Shown: positions 28,427-36,995, counted from the stretch's first letter. The stretch is 37,765 nt of DNA from an uncultured Gemmatimonadales bacterium (GCA_964358595.1 CAYHQJ010000004.1:1-37765); one strand, 5' to 3'. The notes: generated from the sequence alone by a model not told the origin. Program-made: numbers and translations.

Positions 28427-28987
28427 ATGTCAGAGGTTCCCATGTCGGAAACCCTCTACCGGCTCGTTCGCGACGTCCCGGACTTCCCGCGCCCTGGGAT
28501 CCTATTCCGGGACATCACGCCGATCCTCCTCAACCCGCTCGCGCTGGTGGAGGCGGTGGAGCTGCTGGCCAGGCCGTTGAGGCCACTCAACGTGACGCGG
28601 GTGGCGGCCATCGAGTCTCGCGGGTTCCTGCTGGGTGCGCCCGTCGCGCTGGCTCTCGGGGTGGGCCTGGCGATCATCCGAAAGCCGGGCAAGCTCCCGG
28701 TGGACAAACACCGGGTGGAGTACGCGCTCGAGTACGGCAGCGACGCGCTCGAGCTGCACACCGATGCGCTGCGGGCCGGGGACCGCGCCGTGATCGTGGA
28801 TGATGTGCTGGCGACGGGCGGCACGGCCGCCGCCGCGGCCCAGCTCGTCGAGCTAAGCGGCGCGACGGTGGCGGGCTTCGGTTTCCTCATCGAGCTGGCG
28901 GATCTCGACGGGCGCCGTCTGCTGGGCGATCGGCCGGTGTACCCGGTGCTGCGCTACCCGAGGCCGGAGGGACAGTCGCAGCCTTGA
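28427..28987 (+). CDS. apt: Adenine phosphoribosyltransferase
   Basis: VPDFPRPGILFRDITP, ESRGF, RKPGKLP, YALEYG and PRPP motif IVDDVLATGGT. Alternative start ATG 28442. Confidence 0.96.
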   Translation: MSEVPMSETLYRLVRDVPDFPRPGILFRDITPILLNPLALVEAVELLARPLRPLNVTRVAAIESRGFLLGAPVALALGVGLAIIRKPGKLPVDKHRVEYALEYGSDALELHTDALRAGDRAVIVDDVLATGGTAAAAAQLVELSGATVAGFGFLIELADLDGRRLLGDRPVYPVLRYPRPEGQSQP

Positions 28988-29023
28988 GAAAGGGCCGCCG
29001 GCTAGCGATTTTTTGAAGGCTGC

Positions 29024-29098
29024 GCCCCCGTAGCTCAGCTTGGATAGAGCAGCGGTTTCCTAAACCGTTGGCCGCGTGTTCGAGTCACGCCGGGGGCA
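29024..29098 (+). tRNA. tRNA-Arg (anticodon CCT)
   Basis: Acceptor GCCCCCG/CGGGGGC, D-arm GCTC...GAGC, anticodon arm GCGGT-TTCCTAA-ACCGT and T-arm GCGTG-TTCGAGT-CACGC; CCA not encoded. Confidence 0.95.
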
Positions 29099-29138
29099 TG
29101 GGCGGGGCAGGACTCCCACGCAGAGGACGGACGAGTCG

Positions 29139-29849
29139 ATGAGCGCACCGGAAACGACGGGCCCCAAGGCTGGCACCCCGGTCCAGCTGGGCGACCAGGA
29201 CTGGATGGCCTGGCTGCAGCAGCACGGCCGCACCGCGGCGCTCGCCGCGGGAACGGTCGTGGTGGTGGCGGCCGCCGCCTGGCTCTATGTGTCGTCCTCG
29301 GCGCGGAAAGAGTCCTTCGCTTCGCAGGCGCTGACCCAGGCACGGGCGAGCGCCGAGTCGGGCAATCTGCCGCTCGCCGCGAGCGACCTCAACCGGCTCA
29401 CCGACCGGTTCGGCGGAACCAATGCGGCCGACGAGGCCGTCATCCTCCTCAGCCAGATCCGGTTGATCCAGGGCCAGCGCGACGCCGCCGTCCAATCGCT
29501 GCAACAGTTCGTTCGCGGCGCTCACGCGGACTACGTGAAGGCCTCGGCATACGCACTCCTCGGCGGCGGGCTCGAGGACCAGGGCAAGCTCCGGGAAGCG
29601 GGCACTGCCTACCGTGAGGCGTCCCGCGCGGCGCGGCTCGACTTCCTCAAGGCGCAGTACCTCATCGATGCCGGCCGCACGCTGGCGGCCTCCGGCGACA
29701 CGGCCGGCGCGAGGGCCGCCTACGGAGAGGTCCTCCAGAAGTACGGAGAGCTCCAGCAAGCCTTCGAGGCTAGGGTCCGCATGGCCGAGATCGGCGGCGA
29801 GGTCCTGCCGCCGCCGAAGCCCAAGCGGGAGGGCACCACGCCCGGCTGA
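29139..29849 (+). CDS. Single-pass membrane TPR protein (YfgM-like)
   Basis: WLQQHG followed by one TM helix (ALAAGTVVVVAAAAWLYV), then TPR-like helices (DRFGGTNAADEA, YGEVLQKY); GAGGA upstream of ATG 29139. Confidence 0.8.
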   Translation: MSAPETTGPKAGTPVQLGDQDWMAWLQQHGRTAALAAGTVVVVAAAAWLYVSSSARKESFASQALTQARASAESGNLPLAASDLNRLTDRFGGTNAADEAVILLSQIRLIQGQRDAAVQSLQQFVRGAHADYVKASAYALLGGGLEDQGKLREAGTAYREASRAARLDFLKAQYLIDAGRTLAASGDTAGARAAYGEVLQKYGELQQAFEARVRMAEIGGEVLPPPKPKREGTTPG

Positions 29850-29932
29850 CGGCCGCGCTTTCCACAGATCCAAAGATCCAAGGCAGCAGCCCATCCGACG
29901 GCTTCGATGCACCTTCTTGCCACCCCTCCGCC

Positions 29933-29960
29933 ACTTCGTATAATAAGTGTTATGTTAAGT
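29933..29960 (+). other. dif: dif-like XerCD chromosome dimer resolution site
   Basis: ACTTCGTATAA-TAAGTG-TTATGTTAAGT has the 11-6-11 architecture. The right arm differs by one base from the E. coli XerD arm TTATGTTAAAT, and the left arm resembles XerC arms. It is intergenic, where gene orientation converges. Confidence 0.85.
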
Positions 29961-30016
29961 TGTCGTGTTGAAAAAGGTGGATAACAGCTTCAGGATATCC
30001 ATCCCCTTGCAGTGCT

Positions 30017-30850
30017 TCATGTTGGCAGCTCTCCGACGATTCCTCTGCACACCAGTCTCCCTTCGCCACGGAGGCGAATGGACGTAATGAGGTCGGCGTT
30101 TCGCGTCCAGGAGACGTCCAGGGGCAGACGGCTCCGCGTCCAGATGCGGACGGGGCTCGAGGCCATCGCCTTCTCCTCGAGCGTCAGGGCGCAGGCTACG
30201 GCCCCCGTACCGCAGGCCAGCGTTTCCCCCTCGACCCCCCGCTCCCAGGTTCGCATCCGGTACGTCCCGTCGCCGACCGGGGAGACCCAGTTCACGTTGG
30301 CACCGCCGGGTCCTATGGCCGGGTCCCGCCTCAAGGGGGGCCCGCGGCGGTCCAGATCCACCTTGTCCACATCCGGGACCAGGAGGACGAGGTGCGGGAC
30401 GCTGGGACAGGCGTAGGTCGGGAACGCCTCCCCATCGGTCGTCCGGGCGCCCGGGAGGGACTTGGGCGGCGGGCAGTCGGGCAGCTCGATCTCGGGCCGG
30501 CCGTCCACGATCCACCCCCGGTGGACCCCCGCCGGGGTGGCGAAGCGGACCTCGGCCTCGAGCGGGGCGAGCTCGAGCAGGGTGGCCAGCCGGGTGGCGC
30601 ACAGGGCGCCGTTGCCGCACATCGGGCCCTCGGATCCGTCGCTGTTCCAGAAGTGGAACGTGAAGTGGACGTCCGGGCCCTCCGCCGGAGCCAGGAGGAT
30701 GACCCCGTCCGCGCCGACGCCGAGCCGGCGGTCGCACAACGCCGCGATGCGCTCCGTGGTGAAGTCCTCGCGTCGCAGGTACCGGCCGTCGAACATCAGG
30801 AAGTCGTTCCCCGAGCCGGTCATCTTGTGGAATACGCTGCCCGTCTTCAC
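30017..30850 (-). CDS. dapF: Diaminopimelate epimerase
   Basis: FHKMTGSGNDF, GVGADG, NSDGSEGPMCGNGALC, GANVN and RTWERGVEGETLACGTGAVA; GTG start overlaps the upstream stop. Confidence 0.95.
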   Translation of the reverse strand: MKTGSVFHKMTGSGNDFLMFDGRYLRREDFTTERIAALCDRRLGVGADGVILLAPAEGPDVHFTFHFWNSDGSEGPMCGNGALCATRLATLLELAPLEAEVRFATPAGVHRGWIVDGRPEIELPDCPPPKSLPGARTTDGEAFPTYACPSVPHLVLLVPDVDKVDLDRRGPPLRRDPAIGPGGANVNWVSPVGDGTYRMRTWERGVEGETLACGTGAVACALTLEEKAMASSPVRIWTRSRLPLDVSWTRNADLITSIRLRGEGRLVCRGIVGELPT

Positions 30851-31569
30851 ACGCGCCCCGTGAGCGCCCACCAGCGCAGGCGCCAGACCATCCAGACCGC
30901 TTCCCAGACGATGCCCCGGGACATCTTGCTCTGCCCGTGGCTGCGGTCGGTGAACAGGATGGTGATCTCCTTCAGCCGGAATCCCTTCCGCCAGGCCCTG
31001 AACGACATCTCGATCTGGAATGAATAGCCGTTCGAGCGGACGCGGTCGAGATCCACGGCCTCGAGCACCCTCCTCCGGTAGCACTTGAAGCCTCCGGTGG
31101 AGTCCCAGAGCTTGAGTCCGGTGACCCACCGCGCGTACACGTTGGCGAAGTACGAGAGGAGCAGTCGCGTCATCGGCCAATTCACCACTGTGACGCGCTT
31201 GTCGAGGTAGCGCGAGCCGATGACGAGGTCCGCGTCGTGGATCTGCGCGAGGAACTCCGGCAGGTGCTCGGGGTCGTGCGAGAAGTCGGCGTCCATCTCG
31301 TACACATAGTCGTAGCGGTGCTCGAGGGCCCACCGGAAGCCCGCCACGTATGCGGTGCCGAGCCCCAGCTTCCCCGTCCGGTGGAGCACGTGCACCCGCG
31401 GCTCGGCCTGCGCGAGCGCCTCGGCGAGCTCGCCCGTGCCGTCGGGCGAGCTGTCGTCCACGACCAGGACCTCGAGCCGCGGGTCCTGCTCGAGGATCTG
31501 GGGCACGATCCTGGGCAGGTTCTCGTGCTCGTTGTAAGTCGGGATGATGACGAGCGCGCGCTCAGCCAC
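30847..31569 (-). CDS. Polyprenol monophosphomannose synthase-like GT2 (DPM1/Ppm1 family)
   Basis: IIPTYNEHENL, VVDDSSPDGTG, KLGLGTAY, EMDADFSHDP, GSRY, DSTGGFKC and SNGYSFQIE. Confidence 0.9.
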   Translation of the reverse strand: MAERALVIIPTYNEHENLPRIVPQILEQDPRLEVLVVDDSSPDGTGELAEALAQAEPRVHVLHRTGKLGLGTAYVAGFRWALEHRYDYVYEMDADFSHDPEHLPEFLAQIHDADLVIGSRYLDKRVTVVNWPMTRLLLSYFANVYARWVTGLKLWDSTGGFKCYRRRVLEAVDLDRVRSNGYSFQIEMSFRAWRKGFRLKEITILFTDRSHGQSKMSRGIVWEAVWMVWRLRWWALTGRV

Positions 31570-33931
31570 GGCGCCTCCGCACCAGCAGCGGAATGCCGAT
31601 CCACCCGATCACGCAGGCCAGCGAGGCGAACGTCAGCAGCGCGCCCTGCCGGTAGCGCTCCCGCGAGTACTCGAGCCGGACGTCGCGCGCGCCGGCCGGG
31701 ACGGGCACGGTGAGGAACGTGTAGTCGCCGCGCAGAGCGCGCACCTCGCGGCCGTCCACGGTGGCACGCCACTCCGGGTACCAGTTCTCGCTGATCAGCA
31801 CGTACGATGGGGCGTCGGGCGCCGGATCGAGCCGGAGCGTCATCGTCCCCGGCTCCCAAGCCGTGACCTGGGCGCGCGAGGCGCTCGGCGCCGGCAGGCC
31901 GCCGGTGATCGGCGGAACCTCGACGGGCGCGTCCTGCGGCAGCAGCACGATGCGGTCCACGTCGAGGCGGCGGTCCATCAACGTCGGGACGATCTGCGCA
32001 TTCGGGATCTTCGCCGCCGCCGGCACGATGCGCGCGTAGGGGGGGACGGTGTCGGCCTCGAGCAGGACGGCCTGCCCGCCGGGCGTGATCGCCGACTGTC
32101 CCGTCACCTCGTGAAACCCCGGAACCGGGAGCGATTGGGGAAGGATGATGAAGCGCACCGCGAGCAGCTGGTAGAGGTTTCGCGGTCTGCTGATCAGGTC
32201 CTGGATCTGCCCCGTCGGGAAGAGGTTTCGCCAGACGTTCTTGCCACCGAGCAGGTTGTCGTAGTCGTTCAACTCGTTGCCGTGGTGGCCGATCGCCTGC
32301 GGGATGCCCTTGGCCATCAGGTAGGCCGTCGGGTAGACGCCCGGATCCAGCACGCGGTAGGGCTTGGGGGTCGCCTCGAGCTGTCGGGTGATCGGGTCGT
32401 CGGCGTAGAGCTCGGCGGCACGGGGTGAGTACTGCCAGAACCGCCGTACGTTGAGGAACAGGTCGCCGCCCACTAGGGCGGCGAGCGCGAAGGCGGAGCC
32501 GAGCGCGCGGAGTCTCCCCCCCAGCACCGCGAGCGCCAGGCCGGCGGCGGCCGCGGCGAACGCCGCCGCCTTGACCGCCGACAGCGCGACGTTGCCCGCG
32601 TTGTCGGCTGCGGTGCCGGCCTTTCCGGGATCGGCGACCGATTCCGCGATGCTCCCGAGCGCGCCGCTGGCGCCGAGCAGCAGCAGCGCGCCGGCAGCGA
32701 CCAACACGCCCCACACCACTCGCCTGCCCTCGCCCCGCTCGAGCCGTTCGACGCCGAGCGCGGCGAACAGCGCGAACGCGAAGGTGGAGATGAAGAAGGC
32801 CATCCCGGCGGCCCGTGTGACTTTGACGCCCGGCACGAGGGCGTACCAGATCCGGTAGAACGGCGTGTGAGCGCCGAGGCTCACCAGCAGGAATAGCAGG
32901 CCGGCACCGGCGAAGAACCACACCAGGGGACGGCGATCCTTGTGCCCCACGCCGAGGGCGGCGAGCGCGAGCACCGCGGCGCCGACGTACTCGGTGTGCA
33001 GCTTGGCCGCGTTCTCGCCCGAGTAGTGCGCCAGGATGCCGGTGAAGTCCGAGACGACCCAGTCCACGACGTTGGGCAGCGGCATCGCCCAAGACGTGGC
33101 GTACTCCCAGCCCTGCGCGCCGGCGCTGCGCGCCGCGTACGGCATGTACTTGACGAACGGCCACAGCTGGATCATCGCGACGCCGCAGGCGAGCACGATG
33201 GCAGCCAGGGCGAGGCCGAGCGAGGCCCAGCGCCAACGCGGCTCCGGTCGCTCGGGGCTCCAGAAGCACAGGTAGAGCGTGAACAGGCCCGCCAGGATGA
33301 GCGTGTATTGCATCATCTGGATGTGCGGGCTGATGATCCCCGCCCCGGCGGCGAAGGCGAGCAGCCCGAATCCCTCGAGGCGCCGGTCACGGATGCCGAG
33401 CACCAGCGCCGTGAGCACCACGGGCATCCACGCCGAGACGAACAGCTTGCCGTCGTGGCCGGGGCTCACCAGCGAGGCGACGATGCCCGAGAGCTGGTAC
33501 GCCAGGCCGCCCACCACGCTGCCCGTCCAGCTGATCTTCAACACGCGGAAGAACAGGTAGGCGAACAACCCTGCGAGCACGCAGTGCACGGCGAAGCCGA
33601 GGTTCATCGCGATGTCGATCGGCAGGACGAGGCGGAGCCACGCCGTCGGGTAGAAGATGTCGCCGTGCATCGCCCCGACGAACGGCAACCCGCCGAACAT
33701 GAACGGGTTCCACAGCGGGATGTGGCCCGTGCGGCGCCACTCCCCGGCGCCGAACCAGCGGAACGGCACGCCGGTCCACATCTGGTCGCTGCTCGGGTTC
33801 ACGAGGAACTTCCCCGTGAACATCGGGAGGCAGAGGAGCAGGATCCACGCCGTCAGCAGCGCCAGCGCGAGGAGCGTCGGGGCGCGGGGCCTGAATGGCT
33901 CGAGGCTCGTCGCCTCAGGCTTCGGGGCCAT
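31562..33931 (-). CDS. YfhO-family multi-pass membrane protein (GT-C-fold glycosyltransferase candidate)
   Basis: GHIPLWNPFMFGGLPF, FYP, more than 10 TM helices, and a large extracytoplasmic C-domain with LISENWYPEWRATVDG and VPVPAG..VRLEY before a final TM helix. Confidence 0.85.
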   Translation of the reverse strand: MAPKPEATSLEPFRPRAPTLLALALLTAWILLLCLPMFTGKFLVNPSSDQMWTGVPFRWFGAGEWRRTGHIPLWNPFMFGGLPFVGAMHGDIFYPTAWLRLVLPIDIAMNLGFAVHCVLAGLFAYLFFRVLKISWTGSVVGGLAYQLSGIVASLVSPGHDGKLFVSAWMPVVLTALVLGIRDRRLEGFGLLAFAAGAGIISPHIQMMQYTLILAGLFTLYLCFWSPERPEPRWRWASLGLALAAIVLACGVAMIQLWPFVKYMPYAARSAGAQGWEYATSWAMPLPNVVDWVVSDFTGILAHYSGENAAKLHTEYVGAAVLALAALGVGHKDRRPLVWFFAGAGLLFLLVSLGAHTPFYRIWYALVPGVKVTRAAGMAFFISTFAFALFAALGVERLERGEGRRVVWGVLVAAGALLLLGASGALGSIAESVADPGKAGTAADNAGNVALSAVKAAAFAAAAAGLALAVLGGRLRALGSAFALAALVGGDLFLNVRRFWQYSPRAAELYADDPITRQLEATPKPYRVLDPGVYPTAYLMAKGIPQAIGHHGNELNDYDNLLGGKNVWRNLFPTGQIQDLISRPRNLYQLLAVRFIILPQSLPVPGFHEVTGQSAITPGGQAVLLEADTVPPYARIVPAAAKIPNAQIVPTLMDRRLDVDRIVLLPQDAPVEVPPITGGLPAPSASRAQVTAWEPGTMTLRLDPAPDAPSYVLISENWYPEWRATVDGREVRALRGDYTFLTVPVPAGARDVRLEYSRERYRQGALLTFASLACVIGWIGIPLLVRRRRG

Positions 33932-34829
33932 CGCCGGTGCGTCTCGTGAGAGGAAGCGTGATCAGGGCGGCCAGGACCTCCGTGCCGGTCATCAGGATCC
34001 GGGATCCGATCGAAACCACCGTCGCGCCCGCGGGCCCGAGCGGTCCCGACAGCCAAAGGTAGAGGGCTCCCTCGCGCACGCCGAGTCCCCCCGGCGTGAA
34101 CACCGCGATCAGCCCGAACAGGTACGACCCGGTGAAGACGCCGATGGCGGTGCCGACCGGGATCGCCGCGCGGCCGAGCAGGCCGCGGGTGCAGAAGTGG
34201 AGTGCGAGGCCGTACGCGACCCACGCGAACGTCGTCACCGCCGCGGAGATCACGAGCGGTCCCGCCGCGACGGGGGCGAGCTGGAACGGCCGGCCGAGGG
34301 CGCTCAGCATCCGTGCGAGCAGTTTGGTACTCGGTTCCCACGCCAGCGTTCCCACCCCGACGGCGGCGGCCAGGCCCGCCGCGACTATGAGCAGCGGGTG
34401 GCCCGACTGCGGCACGAGCAACCCGGTGACGAGGGCGCCGGTCGCGACGGCGAGCAGCTGCACGATGATCGCCGAGCCGGCGGCGGCCCACGGCTTCACA
34501 CCCGCCTGCTGTGCGAGGGCGGCCATGCTGGCGATCTGCCAGATCCGGCCGGGGACGTAGCGAGCGAGGTTCGAGAGGCACCAGATGCGCGCGGCGGCCG
34601 GGTAGCGCAGCCGCTCGCCCCATCCCAGCAGCACGGCCCGCCACGCCCCGATCAGCAGCGCGTAGCTGGCGAGGATGATCGCGACTGCGGCGGCCAGCGC
34701 GCCGAGGTCGAGATGGATCGTCGCGGCGGAGCCGCGGACCTCCGCCCAGTTGCGGGTGATCGACCGACCGACGAAGTACGCGACCAGGCCGATGAGCGCG
34801 ACCTGCGCGGCGACCCAGAGCCGCCGCAT
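33915..34829 (-). CDS. Lysylphosphatidylglycerol synthase TM-domain / flippase-like membrane protein
   Basis: About 8 TM helices, SNLARYVPG.IW, TPGGLGVREG and SR.L. ATG 34829 (or GTG 34832) overlaps the GT4 stop. Confidence 0.82.
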   Translation of the reverse strand: MRRLWVAAQVALIGLVAYFVGRSITRNWAEVRGSAATIHLDLGALAAAVAIILASYALLIGAWRAVLLGWGERLRYPAAARIWCLSNLARYVPGRIWQIASMAALAQQAGVKPWAAAGSAIIVQLLAVATGALVTGLLVPQSGHPLLIVAAGLAAAVGVGTLAWEPSTKLLARMLSALGRPFQLAPVAAGPLVISAAVTTFAWVAYGLALHFCTRGLLGRAAIPVGTAIGVFTGSYLFGLIAVFTPGGLGVREGALYLWLSGPLGPAGATVVSIGSRILMTGTEVLAALITLPLTRRTGDGPEA

Positions 34830-36019
34830 CACGGCCGCACTCCGGCGACGCTCCCGCGGCTGCTCCGCCCCCGCGCCGCGCGGTAGATCCCCTCGAACTG
34901 CTCGGCCACCTTCTCGGGCGAGAGCCGCTCGGCGATCGCCTTCCCCGCGCGCAGGGCGCCGATGGCGAAGCGGTCCTCCGCGAGCACCATCCTGATCGCC
35001 TCGGCGAGGGCGCCGGGATCGCCGGGTGGCACGAGCGCGCCGGCCTCGGGGTCGCGCAGCAGGTCGGGGATGCCGCCCGAGCGGGTCGCGACCACGGGCA
35101 CGCCCAGGGCGAGCGCCTCGGCCACCGCGAGCCCGAGTCCCTCGTTCACCGAAGGCAGGATGAAGATACGCTTGCCCGCGAGGTGGTCGAACACCCGCTC
35201 CGGCGGCACGAAGCCGGTGAACATGACCGGCAGGCCGAGGGCGATCGCCTGCGCCTTGAGCGCGGCGCGCTCCGGCCCGTCGCCGACGACGGTGAGGTCG
35301 ATCGAGAGGCCGGTGCGCCTGAGCCTGGCGAGCGCGTCGAGCAGGTGGTGGACGCCCTTCTGCTGCGTCAGCCGGCCCACGAAGATCGCGCCGCTGCGCG
35401 CCGCGTCGGGGTCCGGGAACTTCGTCATCGCCATCGGCATCGGCGTGAGCGGGATGGCGTGGACCGGAACGCCGAGCGCCCTGGCGGCGTCGGCGGCGAG
35501 GAAGCTCGAGACGGCGGTCACGGTGGTGGCGCGGCGCAGCACGGCGGCCATCGCGGCCGTGCCGCCCGGCAGCCGGTTCGCCACGGCGACATCGGTGCCG
35601 TGCAGGGTGACGATGAACGGGCGACCGTGCCGCCGGGCCAACGCGCTCGCGAGCCCGGCCGGCACCCACCAGTGCGCGTGGATCACGTTCACCGTGCCCT
35701 TGAGGCATTCCTCGGCGATCGCCCGGGAGAACGCGCGCAGGAGGCCGGCGAACGCGAGGACTGCGAGCGGCGAGCGCCCGACGTCGCTGTGCATCGTGCC
35801 GTGGTAGGCGAGGGTTTCCCGCTTCGCTGACGCGTAGCGGAGGCGGCGCACCGCGACGCCGCCGAGCGTGGCCGGGCCCACGTCCCCCTGATCGGCTGGC
35901 GCCAGCACCAGGACGCCGTGGCCGCGGTCCGCCAGGGCTGCGGCGAGCCGCCAGATGAACGCGCCGGCGATATCTCCTTCCACCCGGGGGAAGGAGTGCG
36001 CGACCATCAGGACCCGCAC
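34829..36019 (-). CDS. GT4 family glycosyltransferase
   Basis: MRVLMVAHSFP, IHAHWWVPAG, TLHGTD, FVGRLTQQKG, VGDGPER, EGLGLAVAEA (Ex7E) and GGIPD. Confidence 0.92.
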   Translation of the reverse strand: MRVLMVAHSFPRVEGDIAGAFIWRLAAALADRGHGVLVLAPADQGDVGPATLGGVAVRRLRYASAKRETLAYHGTMHSDVGRSPLAVLAFAGLLRAFSRAIAEECLKGTVNVIHAHWWVPAGLASALARRHGRPFIVTLHGTDVAVANRLPGGTAAMAAVLRRATTVTAVSSFLAADAARALGVPVHAIPLTPMPMAMTKFPDPDAARSGAIFVGRLTQQKGVHHLLDALARLRRTGLSIDLTVVGDGPERAALKAQAIALGLPVMFTGFVPPERVFDHLAGKRIFILPSVNEGLGLAVAEALALGVPVVATRSGGIPDLLRDPEAGALVPPGDPGALAEAIRMVLAEDRFAIGALRAGKAIAERLSPEKVAEQFEGIYRAARGRSSRGSVAGVRP

Positions 36020-36023
36020 GGCC

Positions 36024-36995
36024 CTAGCGCTCGTCCCGGCGCCGGGCCAGCTCGCCCGTCAGCTCGCGCACGGCGCGGTGGAGCTCGCGGACCTCCTCGC
36101 GCTGCCCCGCCAGCAGCTCGCCGATGAAGCCGAACCCGAACAGCGCGATGCCGGAGATCACGAGGGTCTCGATGAGGTTGAGGATCGGCCGGAAGCCCAC
36201 GCCGTAGCCGAACCGCACGATCAGCGCGGCGAGGCCGGCGAGGAAGCCGAGGACGAACAGCACGGTGCCCAGCACGCCGAAGAACAGCATCGGCTTGCGG
36301 CCGAAGCGCAGCTGGAACCAGACCGACAGCAGGTCCATGACGCCGACCGGGATCCGCGCGAGACCGAACTTGCTGCTCCCGGCGCGGCGCGGGTGGAGCG
36401 TGACCGGCCGCTCCGCGAGGCGGAAGCCCTGCGCGCTGGCGACGACCGCGAAGAAGCGGTGCCAGTCGGGACGCATCGGGATCGTGTCGGCGACCTCCCG
36501 GCGGTACGCCTTCACCGAGTTGAGGTCGGTGACGTTCACGCCGAACAGTCGGCGGCAGAGCACGTTGTAGATCCCCGAGACGAACGCTTTGTCGTAGACG
36601 CCCTGCTTGGTGCCGGTGACGAGGTCGGCCTCGCCGGCGAGGATCGGGGCGACGAGGAGCGGGATCTCGGCCGGCAGGAACTGGAGGTCGGCGGGGTAGA
36701 AGACGAACACCCTGCCCCGCGCGGCGAGCGCGGCGGTGCGGAGGGCCTCGGTGATCCCCTGGCGCGTGCGGTGGCGTTCCCAGCGCAGGAACGGGTGGCG
36801 CGCGGCCAGCTCGCGCAGCACGTCCGGCGTCGCGTCCGCGCTGCCGTCGTCCACCACCAGGACTTCGGCGCGGAAGTCCGTCGCCGCGAAGGCGTCGGCG
36901 CACTGGCGGACGAACTCGGGCAGGCTGTCGGCCTCGTCCTTAGCGGGGACGAGGACGCTCACGTCCACGGGGCCCGTCGCGTCGGCGAGGCTCAT
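36024..36995 (-). CDS. GT2 glycosyltransferase with two C-terminal TM helices (GtrB/ArnC/CsbB-like polyprenyl-phosphate sugar synthase)
   Basis: VLVPAKDE, VVDDGSADAT, PADLQ, HPRRAGSSKF, KPMLFFG, two TM helices and GFIGEL; ATG 36995 overlaps the rpoN stop. Confidence 0.88.
   Translation of the reverse strand: MSLADATGPVDVSVLVPAKDEADSLPEFVRQCADAFAATDFRAEVLVVDDGSADATPDVLRELAARHPFLRWERHRTRQGITEALRTAALAARGRVFVFYPADLQFLPAEIPLLVAPILAGEADLVTGTKQGVYDKAFVSGIYNVLCRRLFGVNVTDLNSVKAYRREVADTIPMRPDWHRFFAVVASAQGFRLAERPVTLHPRRAGSSKFGLARIPVGVMDLLSVWFQLRFGRKPMLFFGVLGTVLFVLGFLAGLAALIVRFGYGVGFRPILNLIETLVISGIALFGFGFIGELLAGQREEVRELHRAVRELTGELARRRDER

Noticed and set aside
28984-29015. Promoter or terminator between apt and tRNA-Arg (TTGAGA ... 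ATTTTTT)
   Set aside because: There is no convincing -10 at proper spacing and only a weak stem before the T-run.
29850-30016. oriC interpretation of the AT-rich spacer with DnaA-like boxes
   Set aside because: The AT-rich core is fully explained by a dif-type 11-6-11 site, genes converge rather than diverge, and no dnaA/dnaN/gidA/parAB is nearby. The boxes are kept only as a separate finding.
34829-36019. GT4 as BshA to partner bshC
   Set aside because: It shares only generic GT4 motifs (TLHGTD) and lacks the BshA-type N-terminal GGSG and HYAIPH signatures; its context is the membrane glycosylation operon.
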